Below, in pieces: positions 19,284 to 28,404 of a stretch of DNA of 64,000 nt. The notes beneath the pieces are model-generated. The model saw nothing but the letters and a program-made list of their open reading frames with translations. It searched no databases and had not been told where the DNA came from. The stretch spans positions 1 through 64,000 of the forward strand of contig JAYZFK010000006.1 in assembly GCA_036336835.1 (NCBI GenBank), read 5' to 3'. The translations under genes and the position numbers were made by a program. The DNA is from Myxococcota bacterium (GTDB taxonomy: Bacteria; Myxococcota_A; UBA9160; UBA4427). How positions within the stretch are numbered: the first letter of the stretch is position 1; every line of letters begins with the position of its first letter.

Positions 19284-20686
19284 CGTTCTTCTCCGCGCGC
19301 GAGCGCTGCGAGCAGCCGCCCGCCTACGCTCGACACGCTTCCGGCGCCGAGCGTGATCACCAGGTCGCCCGCGCGAAGCTCCGGCGCCAGCGCCTCGGGC
19401 AGCTCCTCGAGCTCGGCTACGAAGCGCACGTCGCGGTGACCGGCCGCGCGCACCGCGCTGGCGAGCGCCGCCGAGTCGACACCGGGCAGCTTGTCCTCTC
19501 CCGCCGCGTAGACCTCGGTGAGCACCAGCACGTCCGCGTCGTGAAAGGCGCGCGCGAACTCATCGAACAGGTCGCGCGTGCGTGTGTAGCGGTGGGGTTG
19601 GAACACAGCGACGATGCGCCCATCGCCTACCGTGCGTGCTGCGGCCAGCGTGGCGCGCAGCTCGACCGGGTGGTGGCCGTAGTCGTCGACGACGGTGACG
19701 CCGCGCTCGGTGCCCTTCCTCTCGAAGCGTCGCTCGACGCCGCCGAAGCTTCCGACAGCCTGGGCAACCTGCGCGAACGGCACTGCGAGCTCGTCGGCGA
19801 CAGCCACCGCGGCGAGCGTGTTCAGGGCGTTGTGCTCACCCACGAGCGGGACCGTCACGGGCCCCAGCCGCTGCCCGCGTCGCGTGACCTCGAAGCGCAC
19901 GCTGTAGCCCTTGGCGTGGATGTCGCTCGCCACCCAGTCCGCCTGGGGACTGGTGCCGTAGGTCGTCGTGCGCCGCGTGAGCGTCGGCAGCACCGCCTGG
20001 ACCCCGGGGTGGTCGAGGCAGACGATCGCGCATCCCCAGAAGGGGATCCGGTTCGCGAAGGTGGCGAACGCCTGGTGCAGCGCGGCTTCGCTGCCGTAGT
20101 GGTCCATGTGCTCGGGGTCGATGTTGGTGATGACGGCGATCACGGGTGCGAGCTGCAGGAACAAGCCGTCGCTCTCGTCGGCCTCGGCCACCAGCCAGGA
20201 GCCGGCACCGCGTCGCGTCGTGCTTGGATCGCCCGTGCCGAGCACGCGTCCGCCGATCACCGCGGTCGGGTCGAGCCCGGTGGCGCTGAGGACGTGGGTA
20301 ACCAGCGAAGCAGTGGTCGTCTTGCCGTGTGTTCCCGCGATCGCGATGCCCTGTTGTAGCCGCATCAGCTCGGCGAGCATTTCGGCGCGCGGGATCACCG
20401 GGATCTTGCGGCGCTTGGCGCACTGCAGCTCGGGGTTCGTCGCCCGTACCGCCGACGAGTAGACCAGCACGTCCGCCTCGCCGACGTTCGCCTCGTCGTG
20501 TCCGATCGCGACCTCGATGCCGAGCGAGCGCAAGCGCTCCACGGTCGTGCCCTCCTGGAGATCGGAGCCCGACACCGCGACGCCCTGCAGATGGAGCAGC
20601 TCGGCGAGTCCGCACATGCCGATGCCGCCGATGCCGACGAAGTGCACGTGCCGCGTGCGACCGAACATCTCGTTGCCGCTCGTCAT
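19280..20686 (-). CDS. murC: UDP-N-acetylmuramate--L-alanine ligase
   Basis: HFVGIGGIGMCGLA, AGTHGKTTT, EADESD, DDYGHHP, FQPHRYTRT. Confidence 0.97.
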   Translation of the reverse strand: MTSGNEMFGRTRHVHFVGIGGIGMCGLAELLHLQGVAVSGSDLQEGTTVERLRSLGIEVAIGHDEANVGEADVLVYSSAVRATNPELQCAKRRKIPVIPRAEMLAELMRLQQGIAIAGTHGKTTTASLVTHVLSATGLDPTAVIGGRVLGTGDPSTTRRGAGSWLVAEADESDGLFLQLAPVIAVITNIDPEHMDHYGSEAALHQAFATFANRIPFWGCAIVCLDHPGVQAVLPTLTRRTTTYGTSPQADWVASDIHAKGYSVRFEVTRRGQRLGPVTVPLVGEHNALNTLAAVAVADELAVPFAQVAQAVGSFGGVERRFERKGTERGVTVVDDYGHHPVELRATLAAARTVGDGRIVAVFQPHRYTRTRDLFDEFARAFHDADVLVLTEVYAAGEDKLPGVDSAALASAVRAAGHRDVRFVAELEELPEALAPELRAGDLVITLGAGSVSSVGGRLLAALARGEER

Positions 20687-21780
20687 CCCGCCTCCGCTGG
20701 CTTCAGGCGTCGGGTGCACGCGTCGATCACTGCGGCGGCCGCGTCGGGGCGGGCGAGGCCGAAGGCGGCCTCGCTCATCGCGTCGAGCCGGTCGGGCTGC
20801 TCGAACCAGCGGCACAGCGCGTCCACGATCGTTTCGGGGTCGAGGGCGCGAGAATCGAGCTGTAGCGCGGCACCGGCTCGCTCGAGTGCGGCAGCGTTTG
20901 CGCTCTGGTGGTCGTCAGCGGCGAACGGGTAGGGCACCAGGATGGCCGGCAAGCCGGCGAGCGCGAGTTCGCCGACGGTGATCGCACCGGAGCGGCACAC
21001 TGCAACGTCTGCCCAGCTGTAACGCGCGGGCATGTTCGGCTCGAACGCGACCACCTCGGCCGCCACGTCCGTCTCTCGGTACGCGGCCGCGACTCGCTCG
21101 AGGTCGGACTCGCCGGTCTGGTGGAAGATCTCGAGCGGCAGCGGCGCGAGCTCGGGCAGTGCCGCGATCATGGCGTCGTTGATCTGCTTCGCGCCCTGGC
21201 TACCGCCGAGCACGAGCAGGCGAAACGGCGAGGCCGGCTTGCGGCGAGCACCGGTGTTGGCGAAGCGTTCGATCAATTCGCGTCGCAGTGGGATGCCGAC
21301 ACACTGTACGCGCCGGGCCGCCGAGCCGAACTGGTGTCTGCTCGTCTCGAGCCCCACGAAGATGTCGCGTGCAAGACGCGCCGCTAGCTTGTTGACGCGG
21401 CCGGGGATGGCGTTCGGCTCGAGCAACGCGAGCGGTGTGCGGCGCAGGGTTGCGGCCAGGATCGCGGGCATCGCGGCGTAGCCCCCGACGCTGATCACCG
21501 CCTCGGCGCGAACGCGCGCGTGTTCGCGCAGGGCCGGGAGCGCCGCAGCGACGAGCGACAGTGCGCCCAGTGCACGACCCACCAGGCTGCGTCCCATGAC
21601 CTGGCGCGCCGGCAGGGCGACCAGCTCGAAGCCCGCCTCCGGGACCCAGCGGGCCTCGAAGCCGCGATCGCTGCCGATGAACAGCACCTGCTCGCCGCGG
21701 CGCGCGATCTCCTCGCCGAGCGCAAGCGCCAGGGTCACGTGTCCGCCCGTGCCGCCGCCCGCGATCACCCAGGACCTCAT
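20683..21780 (-). CDS. murG: Lipid II GlcNAc transferase
   Basis: AGGGTGGH, GGY, GGSQGA, CRSGAITVGEL, VPYPFAADDHQ. Confidence 0.97.
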   Translation of the reverse strand: MRSWVIAGGGTGGHVTLALALGEEIARRGEQVLFIGSDRGFEARWVPEAGFELVALPARQVMGRSLVGRALGALSLVAAALPALREHARVRAEAVISVGGYAAMPAILAATLRRTPLALLEPNAIPGRVNKLAARLARDIFVGLETSRHQFGSAARRVQCVGIPLRRELIERFANTGARRKPASPFRLLVLGGSQGAKQINDAMIAALPELAPLPLEIFHQTGESDLERVAAAYRETDVAAEVVAFEPNMPARYSWADVAVCRSGAITVGELALAGLPAILVPYPFAADDHQSANAAALERAGAALQLDSRALDPETIVDALCRWFEQPDRLDAMSEAAFGLARPDAAAAVIDACTRRLKPAEAG

Positions 21781-22994
21781 CGGCGGCGGCCTCGCGGCTC
21801 TGTCCGGCTGGCCTGGCGGCCGGCTGAGAGCAACACCCCCAGCACGACGCAGCACACGACGAGCGATGTGCCGCCGTGCGACAGGAACGGCAGCGTCAGC
21901 CCCTTGGTCGGCACGAGCCCCATTACGACCGCTGCGTTGACGGCAGCTGGCACCGTCAGCAGCGAGGTCATTGCCAGCGCGAGCAGCAGGGCGAAGCGAT
22001 CCTTCGACTGCCACGCGATGCGGGTTCCTGCGACCCACAGCGCGGCGAAGCAGCCCAGGACGAGCAGCACTCCCAGCAGGCCGAGCTCCTCGGCAATCAG
22101 CGCCAGGATGAAATCGGTGTGGCCCTCCGGCAGGTAGCTGAGCTTCTGGCGGCCGGCACCGAGGCCGAGCCCGACTACGCCGCCCTTGCCGAAGGCGACG
22201 AACGACTGCACCAGCTGGAAGCCCACGCCCAGCGGATCCTTCCACGGGTCGATGAAGCCGATCACGCGGCGCAGCGCGTACTCGTGTGTGGCGATGTAGC
22301 CGGCGATGCCCCCTGCGGCCAGCAACCCGGGCGCCAGCAGCCGGCGGACCGGTGTGCCGGCGGCGATCAGCACCAGGGTTGCGAGCGCCGCCAACAGCAC
22401 GGCGTTGCCAAAATCAGGCTGGCGCACGAGCAGCGCGACGGGCAGTGCGACGATCGCGACCGCTGCGGCGTCGCGCCCCACCGAAAGCTCTCGCCGGCCC
22501 GGGTTGCGCGCGACCACCGCGCATACGGCCAGCAGGGTCGCGAGCTTTGCGATCTCGACCGGCTGGAAGCGGATGCCAAGGCCCGGGAGCGGTAGCCAGC
22601 GCGTTGCGCCGTTGACCTCGATACCGATCAGATGGTTGGCGAGCAGCAGCGCGACAGCGACGAGCCAGGCCGGCAGCGCGAGCGCGCGAAGCACATGCAG
22701 CGGGGTGAGCATGGCGGCCGTTGCGGCGACGAGCCCGACGGCGAGTGCACCGACGTGCTCGACGAACAGCGGCGGCAGCAATCGGTCGAGTGCCAGTGGG
22801 GCTGTCGAGCTGTAGCTCATCAGCACGCCGATCCCGAGCAGCCCGCCAGCGGCGAGCAGGGCGCCGCCGTCGAGGCGCATTGCCTCCAGCGGGCGGTCGG
22901 CGAATCCGGCCGCCGGCGCACGGGCCCCGCGATGTCGGGCGGCCACCCGTTGGCTGCTGCTGCCGCGGCCCCGGCCTTGCTTGCGCCCGCTCAC
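21777..22994 (-). CDS. ftsW: SEDS-family peptidoglycan glycosyltransferase FtsW
   Basis: NGATRW, FQPVEIAK, QPDFG, YLPEGHTDFI, PTKGLTLPFLSHGG. Confidence 0.96.
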   Translation of the reverse strand: MSGRKQGRGRGSSSQRVAARHRGARAPAAGFADRPLEAMRLDGGALLAAGGLLGIGVLMSYSSTAPLALDRLLPPLFVEHVGALAVGLVAATAAMLTPLHVLRALALPAWLVAVALLLANHLIGIEVNGATRWLPLPGLGIRFQPVEIAKLATLLAVCAVVARNPGRRELSVGRDAAAVAIVALPVALLVRQPDFGNAVLLAALATLVLIAAGTPVRRLLAPGLLAAGGIAGYIATHEYALRRVIGFIDPWKDPLGVGFQLVQSFVAFGKGGVVGLGLGAGRQKLSYLPEGHTDFILALIAEELGLLGVLLVLGCFAALWVAGTRIAWQSKDRFALLLALAMTSLLTVPAAVNAAVVMGLVPTKGLTLPFLSHGGTSLVVCCVVLGVLLSAGRQASRTEPRGRRR

Positions 22995-24352
22995 GCGCGA
23001 GCCCCGGTGCCGGCGAGTCGCTCGACGCAGGCGCGGAATGCGTTGCCGCGGTCGGCGAAGCTCTCGAACTGATCGAAGCTCGCACAGGCGGGTGCCAGGA
23101 GGACGATGTCGCCCCGCTCTGCCAGCGCGGCAGCGCGCTCCACCGCTCTTGCGAGTGTCTCACAGCGTTCACGCGCGACGGAGGCGGGCAAGCAGGCGTC
23201 GAGGGCGTGGCTCGCCTCACCGATCAACAGCGCCGTGCGCACACTCGGCTCGGCTGCCTCGACCAGCGGTGCGAAATCCAGCCCCTTGTCCCGGCCGCCG
23301 GCAATCCACAGCACGCGCCCGCCGAGCCCCTCGATCGCGCGCGCCGCGGCAGCCGGATTGGTCGCCTTGGAATCGTTGATGTAGCGAACGCCCGCGATCT
23401 CGGCGACCAACTCGCCGCGGTGCGGCAGTCCGCGGAACGTGGGCAGCGCCTCGGCTGCACGGTCGAGATCGGCGCCGAGCGCCATGGCCGCACACAGCGC
23501 CATCGCCGCGTTGTCTCGGTTGTGGCTGCCGGGGATCGACAGCGACTCCAGGCCGATGCGCCGGCCGTCCACCCCGTCGCGCAGGACCACCGCGTTGCCG
23601 TCGAGCCAGGCGCCGGGATCCTGGGGCCGGTGTCGAGAGAAGCGGAACACGCGCGCCTTTGCCGCGGACGCCAGTTCCTCGACCAGCGGATCATCTGCGT
23701 TGATCACTGCAGCGTCGTCATCGCGCTGGTTCTCGAGGATGCGCCCCTTCGCGGCGACATAGCTGCGCAGGTCGCCGTGGCGATCCAGATGGTCGGGTGT
23801 GATGTTGAGGATCAGCGCGACAGTCGGCCGGAAGGCCTCGATGGTATCGAGCTGGAACGACGAAACCTCGAGCACCGCCACGTCGAGCGGCTGGCCGACG
23901 AGGTCGAGCGCAGGCTGCCCGAGATTGCCGCCGGCTGCAGCGCGAAGTCCTGCGCCGCCCAGCAGCGCTTCGAGGAGGCAGGTCGTGGTCGATTTGCCGT
24001 TGGTTCCCGTGACGGCGGCGATCGGAATCGGCAGCGCGCGGTAGGCAAGCTCGATGTCGCCCCAGATGCGGGCCTGCGCGGTCGGCTCGGCATAGCGCTC
24101 GCGCGGCACGCCCGGACTTGGCACGACCAAGTCGAACCCGACGGCATTGGGCAACTGCTGGCCACAGCGCAGCTCCACGCTCGGGCCGAGCTCGTCCAGA
24201 TCGCGGAGCTCTGATTCCGGGCGCTCGTCGGCCGCAACGACATGAGCGCCGCGCTCTGCGCAGAAGCGCGCCGCGCTGCGCCCGGACACGCCAAGCCCCA
24301 GCACCAGCACGCGGGTGTCGACGAGTTCGATCAATCCCGCCTGTTCTCCCAT
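22991..24352 (-). CDS. murD: UDP-MurNAc-L-Ala--D-glutamate ligase
   Basis: GLGVSG, VTGTNGKSTT, LEVSSFQL, PDHLDRH, NDSKATN, APACASFDQF. Confidence 0.97.
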   Translation of the reverse strand: MGEQAGLIELVDTRVLVLGLGVSGRSAARFCAERGAHVVAADERPESELRDLDELGPSVELRCGQQLPNAVGFDLVVPSPGVPRERYAEPTAQARIWGDIELAYRALPIPIAAVTGTNGKSTTTCLLEALLGGAGLRAAAGGNLGQPALDLVGQPLDVAVLEVSSFQLDTIEAFRPTVALILNITPDHLDRHGDLRSYVAAKGRILENQRDDDAAVINADDPLVEELASAAKARVFRFSRHRPQDPGAWLDGNAVVLRDGVDGRRIGLESLSIPGSHNRDNAAMALCAAMALGADLDRAAEALPTFRGLPHRGELVAEIAGVRYINDSKATNPAAAARAIEGLGGRVLWIAGGRDKGLDFAPLVEAAEPSVRTALLIGEASHALDACLPASVARERCETLARAVERAAALAERGDIVLLAPACASFDQFESFADRGNAFRACVERLAGTGARA

Positions 24353-24365
24353 CGAGTAGACGTAC

Positions 24366-25439
24366 CTAACGAAGCTTCAGCGACGAGAGCGCGACCAGAC
24401 CGAGGATGATCGAGATGATCCAGAAGCGGACCACGATCTTCTGCTCCGCCCAGCCGAGCTGCTCGTAGTGGTGGTGGATCGGCGCCATCAGGAAGACTCG
24501 GCGCCCGGTGAGCTTGAACGACGAGACCTGGATGATCACCGAGAGGGTCTCCACCACGAACACCCCGCCGACCACGGCGAGTAGGATCTCCTGGCGGATC
24601 AGCACGGCGATGGTGCCGAGCGCGCCCCCGAGTGCCAGGGCGCCCACGTCGCCCATGAACAGCTGCGCGGGCGACGCGTTGAACCACAGGAAGCCGAGTC
24701 CGCCTCCGACCAGCGCGCCGCAAAAGATTGCAAGTTGGCCACTGCCCGGGACGTACTTGATCTGGAGGTAGTCGGAGATCACCGAGTGGCCCGCCGCGTA
24801 GGCCAGGACCAGGAACACGCCCGCCGTGATCATTACCGGACCGATCGCCAGACCATCGAGGCCGTCGGTCAGGTTCACGCCGTTGCTAGCCGCGACGATG
24901 ATGAAGGCGGCGAGCGGAACGTACAACCCACCGATGTTGGGCGTGAACGTCTTGAAGAAGGGCACGGCCAGCTCGTGATCGAAGGCCGGGTCGTTGTAGA
25001 TCGCGAATCCGACGATCACCGCCATCAACACCTGCCACAAGATTTTCGTGCGGGCGGCGATCCCGGCGCTGCTGCCCTCGGTCACCTTCTTGTAGTCGTC
25101 GATGAAGCCGAGGATGCCGTAGCCAATCGTCAGTCCGAGCACGATCCAGACCATCCGGTTCGTGAGGTCCGACCACAGCAGGACGGAGACCGCGAGTGAC
25201 AGCAGGATCAGCAGTCCCCCCATCGTGGGGGTGCCTTCCTTGGACTGGTGGTCGGGACCGATCTCGCGGATCGGCTGTCCAACGTGCAGCGCGCCCAGCC
25301 CTCGGATGACCCACGGCCCGAGAACGAAACAGACGAACAGTGCGGTCAACGTCGCGGCAGCGGTGCGGAAGGTGATGTAGCGGACGACATTGAAGCCGCC
25401 GAAGTGTTCCGCCAGCGGGAAGAGCAGGTGGTAGAGCAT
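24366..25439 (-). CDS. mraY: Phospho-N-acetylmuramoyl-pentapeptide transferase
   Basis: KEGTPTMGG, GFIDDY, NLTDGLDGL, FMGDVG, MAPIHHHYE. Confidence 0.98.
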   Translation of the reverse strand: MLYHLLFPLAEHFGGFNVVRYITFRTAAATLTALFVCFVLGPWVIRGLGALHVGQPIREIGPDHQSKEGTPTMGGLLILLSLAVSVLLWSDLTNRMVWIVLGLTIGYGILGFIDDYKKVTEGSSAGIAARTKILWQVLMAVIVGFAIYNDPAFDHELAVPFFKTFTPNIGGLYVPLAAFIIVAASNGVNLTDGLDGLAIGPVMITAGVFLVLAYAAGHSVISDYLQIKYVPGSGQLAIFCGALVGGGLGFLWFNASPAQLFMGDVGALALGGALGTIAVLIRQEILLAVVGGVFVVETLSVIIQVSSFKLTGRRVFLMAPIHHHYEQLGWAEQKIVVRFWIISIILGLVALSSLKLR

Positions 25440-26845
25440 CAGCGCGCCTCCAATCCTTCGAGCGCGGCTACCACGCGCTCCATGTGCATTGCACGTGAAC
25501 CCTTGACGAGGATCCAATCGCCGGGTTGCGCGAGTGCGGCAACTCGCTCGGCGGCGTCATCGTGCGAGGTGACGGTCGCCACGGCGTCGGCGGACAGGCC
25601 CGCCTCGATTGCGCCCTGGCAGACGAGTGGTGCGCGCTCACCGAGCGCGAACAGCGCGTCGATGCCGAGCCGGGCCGCATGTGCCCCGGTCTCGCGATGG
25701 GCGGGATCGGCTGCGTCGCCGAGCTCGCCCATGTCGCCGACTACGGCGATCGCGTGGGCGCCGCTCGCGAGCGAACGCAGGCTCTCGAGCGCCTGGGCCA
25801 TCGAATCGGGGTTGGCGTTGTAGCTGTCGTCGATCAAGGTGACGCCCGAGCCGAGTGGCACCGGGGTCATCCGGCCGGCGATTGGCTGATAGCCGCTGAG
25901 GCCCTGCGCCACCTGGCCGAGGGACAGGCCCGCGGCCAGTCCGATCGCGGTCGCGGCGAGCGCGTTGATCACCGTCGTCTCCGACAGCCCGCGCACTGCG
26001 ACTTCGCAGCTCGCCTCGGGTGCCTCGATCTCGAACGCGAAGCGGCCGGCCTCGAAGCGCACCGAGCGCGCGCGGACGTCCGCTCGGGCGCTTCGGCCGT
26101 AGCCGAGGCGGGGACAGGGCGCCCGCCCGGCCTGTTCGGCCACGCGTGGGTCGTCCAGGTTCGCGCACGCGATCCCGCCGGCCGGAAGCGCCGCGTACAG
26201 GTCGCCTTTCTCGTCGGCGATCTCCTCCTGGCTGCCCAGAAACTCGATGTGTGCCGTCCCGATGTTGGTCACCAATCCGATGCCGGGCTCGGCGATCGCC
26301 GCCAGGCGCGCGATCTCGCCGCGGTGGTTCATGCCCAGCTCGATGACGGCCAGCTCGTGCTGCGGCTCGCGCGCGAGTAGCGTGAGCGGCAGGCCGTACT
26401 CGTTGTTCAGATTGCCTCGCGTCGCGAGGCAGGGGGCCTGTACCGACAGCACGGTCGCGCACATCTCCTTGGTGGTGGTCTTGCCACTGCTTCCAGTCAG
26501 TCCCACGACCGCACCGCGAAAACCGGCGCGGTGGCCGTGTGCGACGGCGCCCAGGGCGCGAGTCGTGTCGTCGACCTCGACGATTGCCAGCGGTGCGCGT
26601 TGCTCGTCGAGGGAGCCCCGACCGCGCTCGACGACCAGCGCGCGAGCTCCCGCATCGGCCGCGACCGCCAGGTGGTCGTGCCCGTCGTGGTTCGGTCCGC
26701 GAATGGCGAAGAAGAACATGCCCTCGCGCAGCGTGCGCGTGTCGATCGAGGCGCCATCTGCGCGTGTCTCGGCATCCCCGCGCAGCAGCACACCGTCGGT
26801 CCACCGGGCGACGTCACCGGCCGAGAAGGGGACGCATCCATTCAC
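25439..26845 (-). CDS. murF: UDP-MurNAc-tripeptide--D-Ala-D-Ala ligase
   Basis: SIDTR, TGSSGKTTTKE, NLNNEYGLP, ELGMNHRGEI, DSYNANP, GDMGELG, VKGSR. Confidence 0.97.
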   Translation of the reverse strand: MNGCVPFSAGDVARWTDGVLLRGDAETRADGASIDTRTLREGMFFFAIRGPNHDGHDHLAVAADAGARALVVERGRGSLDEQRAPLAIVEVDDTTRALGAVAHGHRAGFRGAVVGLTGSSGKTTTKEMCATVLSVQAPCLATRGNLNNEYGLPLTLLAREPQHELAVIELGMNHRGEIARLAAIAEPGIGLVTNIGTAHIEFLGSQEEIADEKGDLYAALPAGGIACANLDDPRVAEQAGRAPCPRLGYGRSARADVRARSVRFEAGRFAFEIEAPEASCEVAVRGLSETTVINALAATAIGLAAGLSLGQVAQGLSGYQPIAGRMTPVPLGSGVTLIDDSYNANPDSMAQALESLRSLASGAHAIAVVGDMGELGDAADPAHRETGAHAARLGIDALFALGERAPLVCQGAIEAGLSADAVATVTSHDDAAERVAALAQPGDWILVKGSRAMHMERVVAALEGLEAR

Positions 26846-28404
26846 GGGGAACTCCGCGCACCGAGTGCGCGCCGCGCCTCGACGCGGTCGTCGAACGGGA
26901 GCTTCTTGCGCCCGATGATCTGATAGTCCTCGTGACCCTTGCCGGCGATCACCACGGTGTCGTCGGGATTGGCGCTCGCGATCGCCAGGGCGATGGCTTC
27001 GCGGCGATCCCGGAGCACGCAGTAGCCGCCGCGCGCGCCGCCGAAGGAGTCGGGCTCGATGCGCGACATCGCGGTCAGGCCGGCCTCTACGTCGCGCAGG
27101 ATCGCATTCGCGTCCTCGGTGCGAGGGTTGTCGCTCGTGGCGATCGCGCGGTCGGCGCTGCGCGCCACTGCCGCGGCCATCAGCGGTCTCTTGGCCTTGT
27201 CGCGGTCGCCGCCGCAGCCGAATACGGCGACGAGATCTCCGCGTGTCAGCGGCCGCACGGCCTGCAGCAGCTTCTCGACGGCGTCGGGCGTGTGGGCGTA
27301 GTCGACGAGTATCGTCGGCGCTTCTGCAACGGGGCCCGAGCCACCGGGCTCGACGCGCTCCATGCGCCCCGGCACCTGCGGGCACGAGGCAGTGCCCTCC
27401 GCGACTGCGGAGGGCTCGATGCCGAGGGCCGCGGCCACGCCACAGGCCACCAACAGGTTCTCGAGGTTGAAGTCGCCGAGCAGGGGCAGGTCGAGCTCGA
27501 GCGGTCCGTGCTCCGGCCAGTCGACCGTTGCCCGCGTCCCCTCGAGTGTGGCGTCGGCCGCCAGCAGCCTCAGCTCGGCGTCGCGCTCTGGATCGCGCGT
27601 ACAGCGCCAGAGCGTGGCGCCCACGCTCTGCGCGATCGCGGCGAGCTTCTCACCGGCCGGGTCGTCGACGTTGATCACCGCGGCGCCACCCGGCGACAGG
27701 TGGTCTCGGAACAGCCGGGCCTTGGACACGAGGTAGGCGTCCATGCTGCCGTGGAAGTCGAGGTGGTCCTGCGTGAGATTGGTGAAGGCCCCCACGCGGA
27801 AGCTGCAGCCCGTGACGCGGCCGAGCTCGAGGCCGTGAGACGAGACCTCCATCACGACGGCCTCGATGCTCAGCGTCAGCATGGAGCGCAGCAGTCGCTG
27901 CAGGTCGAGGCTTTCGGGAGTCGTGTTGACGGCGGCCAGTCGTTCGGCCGCGTAGCGAATTTCGACGGTGCCGATCAAGCCGGTGCGAAGTCCGGCCCGG
28001 GCGAGGATCGACTCGACCAGATAGGTCGTGCTCGTCTTGCCGTTGGTTCCGGTGACGCCGATCAGCGTGCACTCGGTCGCGGGATCGCCATAGAAGCGCG
28101 CAGCCAGCAGGGCCAGCGCGCGGCGCGTGTCGGGGACGATGATCCACGACCGGTCCGGGTGGGGCAAACCGTCGGGCGCCCGTTCCACCAGCAGTGCGGC
28201 AGCACCGAGCGTTGTCGCCTGCTCCAGGTAGTCGTGGCCGTCGGAGACCGCCCCGCGCAGCGCCACGAACAGATCACCCGGCGCGACCGAGCGCGAGTCG
28301 TAGGTCAATCCGCGGATCACCGGATCATCGGAAGCTCCGGTGCGGTGCCACTCGATGGGTGCGCGCCCGTCGGACAGAGCGCTGAGGAGGGAGGTGAGTC
28401 GCAT
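26842..28404 (-). CDS. murE: UDP-MurNAc-dipeptide--meso-diaminopimelate ligase
   Basis: GVTGTNGKTS, MEVSSH, DHLDFH, VDYAHTPDA, GCGGDRD, DNPR (DAP specificity), GKGHEDYQ. Confidence 0.97.
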   Translation of the reverse strand: MRLTSLLSALSDGRAPIEWHRTGASDDPVIRGLTYDSRSVAPGDLFVALRGAVSDGHDYLEQATTLGAAALLVERAPDGLPHPDRSWIIVPDTRRALALLAARFYGDPATECTLIGVTGTNGKTSTTYLVESILARAGLRTGLIGTVEIRYAAERLAAVNTTPESLDLQRLLRSMLTLSIEAVVMEVSSHGLELGRVTGCSFRVGAFTNLTQDHLDFHGSMDAYLVSKARLFRDHLSPGGAAVINVDDPAGEKLAAIAQSVGATLWRCTRDPERDAELRLLAADATLEGTRATVDWPEHGPLELDLPLLGDFNLENLLVACGVAAALGIEPSAVAEGTASCPQVPGRMERVEPGGSGPVAEAPTILVDYAHTPDAVEKLLQAVRPLTRGDLVAVFGCGGDRDKAKRPLMAAAVARSADRAIATSDNPRTEDANAILRDVEAGLTAMSRIEPDSFGGARGGYCVLRDRREAIALAIASANPDDTVVIAGKGHEDYQIIGRKKLPFDDRVEARRALGARSSP